Shown here: positions 24,649 through 32,000 of the stretch, piece by piece
How positions within the stretch are numbered: the stretch's first letter is position 1
Layout of the letters: each line of letters opens with the position of its first letter
NCBI GenBank assembly: GCA_031256725.1
Contig: JAIRQE010000019.1
Span: 1 to 32,000 of the forward strand
Direction of reading: 5' to 3'
DNA length: 32,000 bases
Source: Propionibacteriaceae bacterium
GTDB taxonomy: Bacteria; Actinomycetota; Actinomycetes; Propionibacteriales; Propionibacteriaceae
Made by a program: the position numbers and the translations under genes
Notes under the pieces: model-generated
The model's database searches: none
The model's input: the letters and a program-made list of their open reading frames with translations, nothing else
What the model was told of the DNA's origin: nothing

Positions 24649-25959
24649 TCAGGGGAGATACCCGCGTGGATTCGATAAGGTTCCATTCACCCACAACATC
24701 AGATGAAGGTGGCAACCAGTCGAAACACCTGTTGATCCGACGTAGCCAATGGTTTGTCCTTGAGAGACCCATTGTCCCTTGTTAGCTGCATATCCAGACA
24801 TGTGGTTATAGGAGGTCACCATATGGCGACCATTGACATAACCATGATCCACAAAGATTCGATATCCATAACCTGAGCTATAGTACCTATCGGTCACCGT
24901 CCCTGCAGCCACAGACTTAATGGATACCCCGCAGCCAGCACCAAAATCAAGACCATCATGGAAACGCCAAGTACCCGAAATAGGGTGGACTCTGTACCCG
25001 TAATTTGAGGTGATGGTGCCATCGACTGGCCAAATGAGTCCTGCCCACGAGTTTGATGCGCTGGAGCTAGAACTGGAGTTATTCTTCGCAGCCTCAGCCT
25101 CAGCAGCCTTACGGGCCTCCTCTGCCTTACGGGCCTCCTCTGCCTTGCGCGCCTGCTCTGCGATCTTGGCATTCACACTCTTAAGTTCCGCCTCACGCTC
25201 AAAGAGTTGTAGCTGTGCGTTCTGGAGTAGCTTGCTCGCTTCCTTATGGGCACCCTCTTGTTCGTCCAAGGCCCACTGAAGGGTGTTACGAGCCTGTTCG
25301 GCTGTGTTCCTAGCTGCTTGGGTACGAGCAGTATTCTCATCAGCTACACGCTTGACCTCCGTAGCTCGAAGCTGAGCCTGATGACTGAGCAGACGAGCCT
25401 GGGCGAGTTCCTCTTGGATTTCTCTAAGAAAGGTGAGGTCAACCTGATTGGTGACAAGTACGGTATCTGTCCACTGTACGCGGTTAGCCAATCCAGCGGT
25501 GGTATCTGTGTTGATCAGAGTCGCTACTGAGATGAGTGGAAGATTGTCCTGGTAGATGGCGCGAGCATAGGCGGCAACCGATTCTCTTTGAGCATCGACC
25601 TTAGCCTGACCTTCAGCCTCTTTAGCCCGAGCCTCATTGAGAGCGGTATTGGCTTCTTTGAGTTCAGCCGCTTTTTGTACACCCTCGGCTTCAGCCTGCT
25701 TGAATTCGGCTTCCGCGATGTTGAGAATTGCCTGTGCTTCATCGACACGTGCCTGGGCAGCCATCACTCGAGCCTGAGCTTCTTGCAGAGCAGTAGAGGC
25801 ACTATTCACTGACTCTTTTGCTGAACTCACAGCCTTGGAAGCCTGAGACTTTTGCGCATTAAGATCCTCAGCCTGAGCCGGGACTCCTGTCAGTGAAAAA
25901 AAGAGACCAACCACACATATCGCGGCGATGGCATGGCGCGCTCTCGCGAAACCAAACAT
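24649..25959 (-). CDS. Secreted coiled-coil M23 (LytM-type) peptidoglycan endopeptidase, paralog 1
   Basis: I set the start at M25 of the track ORF (GGAGGAGAGTG-ATG). The signal peptide is MFGFARARHAIAAICVVGLFFSLTGVPAQA. About 290 aa are rich in A, E, K and Q and look like coiled coil. A poly-Ser linker follows. The M23 domain has HxxxD (HDGLD) and HxH (HLH). Confidence 0.9.
   Translation of the reverse strand: MFGFARARHAIAAICVVGLFFSLTGVPAQAEDLNAQKSQASKAVSSAKESVNSASTALQEAQARVMAAQARVDEAQAILNIAEAEFKQAEAEGVQKAAELKEANTALNEARAKEAEGQAKVDAQRESVAAYARAIYQDNLPLISVATLINTDTTAGLANRVQWTDTVLVTNQVDLTFLREIQEELAQARLLSHQAQLRATEVKRVADENTARTQAARNTAEQARNTLQWALDEQEGAHKEASKLLQNAQLQLFEREAELKSVNAKIAEQARKAEEARKAEEARKAAEAEAAKNNSSSSSSASNSWAGLIWPVDGTITSNYGYRVHPISGTWRFHDGLDFGAGCGVSIKSVAAGTVTDRYYSSGYGYRIFVDHGYVNGRHMVTSYNHMSGYAANKGQWVSQGQTIGYVGSTGVSTGCHLHLMLWVNGTLSNPRGYLP
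25106..25159 (-). repeat. Three tandem 18-nt units (GCCTTACGGGCCTCCTCT, third copy degenerate) encoding (EEARKA)n
   Basis: Read directly from the sequence. It lies inside paralog 1, just before the Ser-rich linker. Confidence 0.8.
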
Positions 25960-26154
25960 CACTCTCCTCCGTCCTAGGTGAGCAACCGACGCAGGAACTG
26001 GCGCGTCAGCCTTGGTATTAGTTGAATACACTAACTGCGGATGAGGAAAACCCCTAGCCTTGCAGTTTTTCCCTACCGGCGCACGACTGAAAGCCTCAAG
26101 GTCATGTTGACAGTCAGCTACAGCACTTACCCTGCGATGGAGAAAAGATCAGGA

Positions 26155-27391
26155 TCAGGAAAGGTAGCTTCGAGGGTTCGCAAGTGACCCATCCACCCAG
26201 AGCATGAAGTGAAGATGACACCCTGTTGATGCGCCAGTCGAACCAACATATCCGATGGCCTGCCCCTGAGAAACTGAGGCCCCAGTGGAGACAGCGTAAT
26301 CAGACAAGTGGCTATAGGCAGAGACCATATGACGACCATTGACGTACCCATGGCTCACCAAGACTTTCTTCCCGTATCCAGAGCTGCGGTACTGGTCGAT
26401 TACGACACCATCGGCTACAGCGCGGATGGGTACACTACAGTCAGCAGCAAAATCAAGGCCGTCATGGAATCGTCGTCCACCATAGATGGGATGGATTCTG
26501 TACCCGTAATTCGATGAGATCACACCATCAGTGGGCCACACCAATCCAGCCCATGATGCTTGACTCATAGCGGCTTCACGCGCTAACTGGGCGATCTTCT
26601 CATTAATTCTGGTTAGTTCGGGCTTCTTTTTCAGCCAGTGCAGCCTTATCCGCTTCCAGTGCTTGTGCTGCTGCTTGTCGCGCGGCATTCTCCTCATTAA
26701 GCGCCCTCTGAAGGCGATCACGGGCAGCTGCGGCTGCATCCTTGGCTTCCTGAGCCTGAGCAGTGCGATGATCCGCGATCTGCTTGGCCTCTGTGGCTGC
26801 AAGTTGAGCCCTCTGGCTTATGAGTCTGGCTTCCCCTAATTCAGTTTGGATTCGGTTGAGATAGTCAAGATCAACCTGATTGGTCACCAGTACTGTATCC
26901 GTCCACTGCACACGATTAGCAAGGTCAGCTGTGGTATTCGCACCAAGCAGGGTGGCCACTGAGATCAGCGGTAGATTGTCTTGGTAGACGGCTCTCGCAT
27001 AGGCAGCCACATTGGTACGTTGAGCATCAACCTTCGCTTGGCCTTCCGCCTCCTTGGCACGAGCCTCGGTGAGTACCTGGTTTGCTTGATCAAGTTCAGC
27101 CTTCTTTGTTGCACTGACCTCTTCGGCTTGTTTCAGTTCCTTCTCAGCCACATTGAGTACGCCCTGAGCCTCGCTGACCCGAGATGTTGCTTGGGTAACA
27201 CGTTGCTCAGCTCCGCGTAGTGCTGCGTCGGAATCCTGGACACAATCCTGGGCATGGGCGATGGCCTTGGTGGCCTCAGCCTTCTCTTGTTCAAGATCAT
27301 CTGCGTGGGCAGTGAACTCCCCCATGGTTGCGATCAACACGGTGGCGCAGCACACGACAAGCGCGCGCCGTACTACGGTCAGCCTAGACAT
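26155..27391 (-). pseudogene. Coiled-coil M23 peptidase, paralog 2, interrupted by a 1-nt frameshift
   Basis: Track ORFs 26603..27391 (signal peptide plus coiled coil) and 26155..26802 (M23 domain with HDGLD and HLH) are colinear with paralog 1. The span is 1237 nt, which is 3n+1. Removing one G from the GGG run at 26620-26622 gives ...AEKEAELTRINEKIAQ..., which parallels FEREAELKSVNAKIAEQ in paralog 1. Confidence 0.8.
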
Positions 27392-27433
27392 ATGTCTCCC
27401 TTGCTCTAGGCGATCGATACTATGGTGATAAAA

Positions 27434-28339
27434 CTAGACTCGAAGGTAACGACGCGCCGAGATAATGGTCGGAATGATGGACAATATGATTGCGACAAGC
27501 ACCATCGCGCCTACAGCGATCCACGTTTCAGTCCATCCAACCCATCGGAAAGCCTCAAGTCCACGTTGAGCATTTCGCAAGATAATGAACCACACACCGA
27601 AGACCAGGGTACCCGAAGCAAGGAATGCGCCCACCAATCCAGCGATCAAGGATTCCAACAAGAAGGGACCCATAATATGGAAATTGGAGGCACCCACTAG
27701 TCGCATGATTCCAATTTCTCGGCCTCGTGTGAAGGTGGCCATACGAATAGTGGTACCAATCTGGAGGGCTGCTGCGAGAAGCAGCACGATACTCAATGCG
27801 ATGGTTCCCCATTGAAGTGCACCCAACCATTTGAAGACCGGTTCAAGGATCTGATGAAGGTCTTGGATCTTTTGTACCCCTCGCATGAGTTTGAGTTGGG
27901 AGACGAGGCCTTGGTACTGCTGGGGATCAACCAACTTGACCCTGTAATTGTCCTGCATCTCCTCAAGGGTCAACGAATCCTTGATGGGGGAATCCTTGAA
28001 GACATTCAGGAATTCCTCGTAAGCCTCCTCCTTGGATTGATACTCGACCTTAAGAACCTCAGGATTCTTCTCAATTGCATCATGGATCTGATCCTTCTGC
28101 TCATCGGTTGCATCCTGACCAGGGTCACAGTTTCCACCAGTTTGGAGTTTGGCAGTACACAAATAGACAGTGATCTCGATCTTGTCATACCACTCACCTT
28201 TGAAGAGGTTGACCTGCTGAGCAGCAATGAGGCCAGCGCCAAAGAGGGACAAGGATACCCACATGGTCATCACAACTGCGAGTGTGATGCCGACATTTCT
28301 CCTGAGTCCAGACCAGGTTTCAGATAATAGGTGTCTCAT
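27434..28339 (-). CDS. ftsX: Cell division permease-like protein FtsX
   Basis: 301-aa ORF. It has TM1, a large extracellular loop and three C-terminal TM helices. It sits immediately downstream of ftsE. Confidence 0.92.
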   Translation of the reverse strand: MRHLLSETWSGLRRNVGITLAVVMTMWVSLSLFGAGLIAAQQVNLFKGEWYDKIEITVYLCTAKLQTGGNCDPGQDATDEQKDQIHDAIEKNPEVLKVEYQSKEEAYEEFLNVFKDSPIKDSLTLEEMQDNYRVKLVDPQQYQGLVSQLKLMRGVQKIQDLHQILEPVFKWLGALQWGTIALSIVLLLAAALQIGTTIRMATFTRGREIGIMRLVGASNFHIMGPFLLESLIAGLVGAFLASGTLVFGVWFIILRNAQRGLEAFRWVGWTETWIAVGAMVLVAIILSIIPTIISARRYLRV

Positions 28340-28351
28340 AGATCTTTCCTC

Positions 28352-29041
28352 TCAGGCTCTCGCACCATAGATGCCACGGGCCTGATCTCGGATGACATGG
28401 CCACTTTCAAGCTCCACAACTCGTTTACGCATTTGGTCGACCATGGCCCAGTCATGGGTAGCCATGACTACGGTGGTTTCAGATCGATTGATTCGGTCCA
28501 GCAACTTCATGATGCCAACCGAGGTTTCTGGGTCAAGGTTTCCGGTGGGCTCGTCTGCCAACAGGATCTTGGGATGATTGACGAAGGCACGCGCAACAGC
28601 AACCCTTTGCTGCTCACCACCAGAGAGTTCGTCTGGGCGGCGTCCCATCTTGTCTGCAAGACCAACCATCTCAAGGGTTTCGGGTACGACCTTACGGATC
28701 AGTGAACGAGGTTTACCAATCACTTGGAGGGCGAATGCGACATTTTCAAAGACTGTCTTGCCTGGCAGAAGGCGGAAATCCTGACTGACCATTCCGATCT
28801 CACGACGAAGAGCTGGGATCTTACGCTCGGGAAGAGCGGCCACATCCTTCCCAGCGACATAGATTCGTCCTGTTGTGGGACGGTACTCCCGAAGGATGAG
28901 TTTCATGAGGGTTGATTTGCCTGATCCTGATCCACCAACCAAGAAGACAAACTCTCCTTTTTCGATCTCGATGTTGACGTTTGCTAGAGCTGCTCGTGTC
29001 TGCCCGTCATATATTCGAGATACTTCCTCAAACCTGATCAC
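28352..29041 (-). CDS. ftsE: Cell division ATP-binding protein FtsE
   Basis: 229-aa ABC ATPase with Walker A (GGSGSGKST), signature (LSGGEQQRV) and Walker B (ILLADEPT). Confidence 0.95.
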   Translation of the reverse strand: MIRFEEVSRIYDGQTRAALANVNIEIEKGEFVFLVGGSGSGKSTLMKLILREYRPTTGRIYVAGKDVAALPERKIPALRREIGMVSQDFRLLPGKTVFENVAFALQVIGKPRSLIRKVVPETLEMVGLADKMGRRPDELSGGEQQRVAVARAFVNHPKILLADEPTGNLDPETSVGIMKLLDRINRSETTVVMATHDWAMVDQMRKRVVELESGHVIRDQARGIYGARA

Positions 29042-29100
29042 AACTTAACCTCTCGTGAATCCTGAGAAAATCTCATAATCTCCTCAGACTTAACCATACT

Positions 29101-30216
29101 CTATTCTTCGTTCGCTTGCTGGCGTCTCCAACGAATCCCCGCATCAATGAAGCCATCAATGTCACCATCAAAGACTGCGCTGGGATTCCCTACCTCAAAA
29201 TCTGTGCGATGGTCCTTGACCATCTGATAAGGCTGAAGTACGTAGCTACGGATCTGTGAACCCCAAGAATTACCACCATCGCCCTTGAGCTGACGCATCT
29301 CTGCTTCACGTTCCAGTCTCATTCTTTCCAACAATCGTGACTGAAGAACCTTGAGAGCTGCAGTCTTATTCTGGAGTTGAGACTTCTCGTTTTGGCAACT
29401 GACAACAAGACCAGTCGGCAAGTGAGTGATACGTACCGCTGAGTCAGTCGTATTTACTGATTGGCCTCCCGGACCCGAAGACCGGAAAACATCCACCTTA
29501 ATATCCGCCTCGGGAATCTCAATATGGTCGGATTCCTCAGTGACAGGAAGTACCTCAACACCAGCAAACGATGTATGTCGTCGCCCCTGATTATCGAAGG
29601 GTGAGATACGAACCAGACGATGTGTACCCTGCTCCACAGACAGAGTCCCGTAAGCAAAAGGAGCCTTGACCTGGAAGGTGGCTGATTTGATTCCAGCCTC
29701 TTCCGCATAGGATGTATCGAAGACCTCTGCCGAGTGACCATGGCGATCAGACCAGCGAAGGTACATCCTCAAAAGCATTTCTGCGAAGTCGGCTGCATCG
29801 ACTCCCCCAGCTTCCGATCTAATCGTGACAAGGGCATCTCGATCATCATAGTCCCCAGCTAGGAGGGTACGTACCTCTAAAGACTGAATATCTGGACTCA
29901 GGCCCACCAACGAAGTATCAGCCTCAGCAATAGTGTCAGCATCGTCCTCCTCAACCCCCAAATCCATGAGAACCTTGGCATCCTCTAGGCGGTGTCTTAA
30001 CGAGGTAACCTTCTCCACATCTGACTGAAGTCTGGACAAACGTGAGGTGACATCTTGGGCACGCTCTTGGTCATTCCATAAGTCTGGAGCAGCGGCCTCA
30101 GACTCCAATTGGGCGATAGCTTCCAGCTTCGATGGTACGTCAACAACCGCCTCGATCGAGACCATTGTCTGATCAAGGGCGTCCCACAGGGTACGTAAAT
30201 CGTCGATTGTTGCCAT
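29101..30216 (-). CDS. prfB: Peptide chain release factor 2 (single uninterrupted frame)
   Basis: I set the start at M30 of the track ORF ([14 protein letters not shown]...). It has the SPF tripeptide (RISPFD) and the GGQ motif (SGPGGQSVN). There is no in-frame TGA frameshift site. Confidence 0.94.
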   Translation of the reverse strand: MATIDDLRTLWDALDQTMVSIEAVVDVPSKLEAIAQLESEAAAPDLWNDQERAQDVTSRLSRLQSDVEKVTSLRHRLEDAKVLMDLGVEEDDADTIAEADTSLVGLSPDIQSLEVRTLLAGDYDDRDALVTIRSEAGGVDAADFAEMLLRMYLRWSDRHGHSAEVFDTSYAEEAGIKSATFQVKAPFAYGTLSVEQGTHRLVRISPFDNQGRRHTSFAGVEVLPVTEESDHIEIPEADIKVDVFRSSGPGGQSVNTTDSAVRITHLPTGLVVSCQNEKSQLQNKTAALKVLQSRLLERMRLEREAEMRQLKGDGGNSWGSQIRSYVLQPYQMVKDHRTDFEVGNPSAVFDGDIDGFIDAGIRWRRQQANEE

Positions 30217-30305
30217 GGGTAGTGATTTTACCGGGAGCGAGCGCGAAACAGCGAATGACAGACCTGTGGGTGTGTTGGTCAATGGATCTTTCACCGACCA
30301 CAAAG

Positions 30306-30338
30306 CCCCAGCAAGACTCTCAGGAATCCTTGCTGGGG
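30306..30338 (-). terminator. Putative intrinsic terminator after pckG
   Basis: 10-bp perfect stem CCCCAGCAAG/CTTGCTGGGG with a 13-nt loop. On the minus strand it is followed by CTTTGTGG, which is only a modest U-tract. Confidence 0.45.
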
Positions 30339-30366
30339 CTTGGGGGAAGATATCTACCCTGTGGAC

Positions 30367-32000
30367 TTAGCTAGCTGCAGCAATCCGCTCGCGTAGAGCA
30401 GCAAGTTGGGCAGTCAACTCTGCTGGGAGCTTGTCGCCGAATTGGGCGAAGTACTCCTCAGTTGAGTCTGCTTCTGCAGCCCATGCCTGTGGGTTGTAGG
30501 TGAACAATTCGGTGATCGTCTCTTCAGCGATGTCGAGTCCATCAAGATTCAAGTCACCTGGTACAGGGATCTGACCTGAGATGGCATCGACTGCTTCTGC
30601 CTCGCCTGCGATACGACGGATAGCCCACTCGATAGGACGGCAGTTCTCGCCAAACCCTGGCCACATGAAGTTGCCATCGGCATCCTTGCGGAACCAGTTG
30701 ACATGGAAGATCTTCGGGGCCTTGTCACCAAGGGCCTTGCCCATCCGCAACCAGTGTGCCCAGTAGTCAGCCATGTTGTAGCCACAGAAGGGCAACATGG
30801 AGAAGGGATCACGACGAAGGGAACCCACGGATCCTTCTGCAGCAGCGGTCTGCTCAGAGGCGACTGTGGCACCCACGAAGACACCATGCTCCCAGCTATA
30901 GGATTGCGCAATCAGTGGGACATTGGAGGTACGACGGCCTCCGAAGAGGATGACATCCACTGGCACACCTGCTGGGTCTTCCCAGTTCGGAGCAATGGAC
31001 GCGGCCTGGTCAGCACGTACCGTGAAGCGACCATTGGGATGGGCAGCTGGGGTACCACTTTCAGGTGTCCAGTCGTTACCGAGCCAGTCGATCAGATGGG
31101 CCGGAGGCTCATCAGTGAGACCCTCCCACCAGACATCGCCATCATCAGTTAATGCGACATTGGCGAAGATGGTGTCATGGTCGAGGGCTTCGAGGGCTGT
31201 CGGATTGGTCTTCAGGGACATACCTGGAGCAACACCGAAGAACCCAGCCTCAGGATTGATGGCGTACAGACGCCCATCCTTACCCGGACGCAGCCACGCG
31301 ATGTCATCACCAATGGTTTCAACCTTCCAACCTGGGATGGTGGGACGCAACATTGCAAGGTTGGTCTTGCCACAGGCAGAAGGGAAGGCTGCCGAGAGGT
31401 GGAAGCTGCGACCCTGAGGATCGGTGAGCCTCAGGAGAAGCATGTGCTCAGCGAACCAGCCTTCGTCGCGTGCGAGGACGGAGGCAATACGTAGGGCGTA
31501 GCACTTCTTCGCGAGGAGAGCGTTTCCGCCGTACCCAGAACCATAGGACCAGATTTCGCGAGTCTCGGGGAAGTGGGTGATGTACTTCTCATCACTGCAA
31601 GGCCACAAAACGTCTTCGCGTTCGTTTCCATCAGAGTCGATGAGGGGATAACCGACCGAGTGAACAGCTGGCACCCAGAATTCACCAGCGGAGATGCGAT
31701 CCAGAGCCGGCTTTCCCGTACGGGTCATGAGGGCCATGTTCACCACAACGAAAGGTGAGTCTGTAACCTCAATACCGAGCTTGGAAATGTCTCCACCGAG
31801 TGGACCCATGGAGAAGGGGATGATGTACATCGTGCGTCCACGCATACAGCCGTCGAAGACTGTCTTGAGTGTGGCGCGCATCTCGGCGGGATCTGCCCAG
31901 TTATTGGTCGGGCCAGCATCTTCTTCTTTTTCAGAGCAGATGAAGGTTCGTGATTCGACACGAGCTACGTCGGCAGGATTCGAGCGAGCGAGGAAGCAGT
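30367..32000 (-). CDS. pckG: Phosphoenolpyruvate carboxykinase (GTP), N-terminus beyond the right window edge
   Basis: It has the P-loop motif [15 protein letters not shown]. The same frame stays open from 31881 to 32000 (...[34 protein letters not shown]...). The gene is therefore truncated by the window and does not start at the track's first Met. Confidence 0.93.
   Translation of the reverse strand, partial: CFLARSNPADVARVESRTFICSEKEEDAGPTNNWADPAEMRATLKTVFDGCMRGRTMYIIPFSMGPLGGDISKLGIEVTDSPFVVVNMALMTRTGKPALDRISAGEFWVPAVHSVGYPLIDSDGNEREDVLWPCSDEKYITHFPETREIWSYGSGYGGNALLAKKCYALRIASVLARDEGWFAEHMLLLRLTDPQGRSFHLSAAFPSACGKTNLAMLRPTIPGWKVETIGDDIAWLRPGKDGRLYAINPEAGFFGVAPGMSLKTNPTALEALDHDTIFANVALTDDGDVWWEGLTDEPPAHLIDWLGNDWTPESGTPAAHPNGRFTVRADQAASIAPNWEDPAGVPVDVILFGGRRTSNVPLIAQSYSWEHGVFVGATVASEQTAAAEGSVGSLRRDPFSMLPFCGYNMADYWAHWLRMGKALGDKAPKIFHVNWFRKDADGNFMWPGFGENCRPIEWAIRRIAGEAEAVDAISGQIPVPGDLNLDGLDIAEETITELFTYNPQAWAAEADSTEEYFAQFGDKLPAELTAQLAALRERIAAAS

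Noticed and set aside
26603-26640. Programmed ribosomal frameshifting as the explanation for the split M23 paralog
   Set aside because: The required shift is +1 at GCC-CGA, where the P-site tRNA-Ala cannot re-pair. The nearby GAAAAAG would favour -1, which is the wrong direction. A simple 1-nt indel in a homopolymer is more parsimonious.
27812-28327. 171-aa plus-strand ORF antisense to ftsX, and similar ORFs at 30923..31417 antisense to pckG
   Set aside because: These are shadow ORFs opposite confidently identified genes.
29101-30303. Programmed +1 frameshift (CTT TGA C type) expected in many prfB genes, and the 29-codon upstream extension
   Set aside because: No in-frame stop interrupts the RF2 frame, which I recall is a known situation in some actinobacteria. 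The extension 30217-30303 has no RF2-like sequence.
1-32000. CRISPR arrays, IS elements, phage or conjugation genes, rRNA
   Set aside because: I saw no regularly spaced repeats, terminal inverted repeats with a transposase, or rRNA-like sequence on either strand.

Overview
Mostly core chromosome from a mid-GC Actinomycetota genome. The synteny blocks are typical of Actinomycetales or Bifidobacteriales-like organisms: pdtaR-polA-rpsA, comEA-comEC, and prfB-ftsE-ftsX-(peptidases)-smpB. I can support about 29 genes, most on the minus strand: rpsA (partial), polA, an ANTAR response regulator, tRNA-Leu(CAA), an LCP protein, pncB, purE, rne, leuS, a VIT-family transporter, a DUF4192-like protein, a ThrE-family exporter, smpB, ftsEX, prfB and pckG (partial). 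I saw no CRISPR array, transposase, integrase or phage genes. Five things deserve a second look. (1) Two tandem paralogous genes sit between ftsX and smpB, each encoding a signal peptide, a long coiled coil and an M23 domain with intact catalytic motifs. The ftsX-proximal copy is broken by a single-base indel in a GGG run. (2) A repeated intergenic module carries perfect DnaA-box 9-mers (TTATCCACA), including a 17-nt identical core. It occurs upstream of comEA-comEC and again upstream of the DUF4192 gene, with the same two-box ~30-bp architecture. (3) A small lower-GC accessory islet lies directly downstream of comEC. It holds a ParE/RelE-type toxin-antitoxin pair, a 14-Cys orphan ORF with no credible start or signal peptide, and an orphan lipoprotein. 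Next to it is a divergent pair of a WYL regulator and an alpha/beta hydrolase with candidate operator repeats. (4) Near-identical hairpin-forming repeats bracket purE. (5) There is a structured rne leader and a pdtaR-polA start/stop overlap. I cannot show that any of these is a new system. All homology calls come from reading the translated ORFs by eye, not from database searches.
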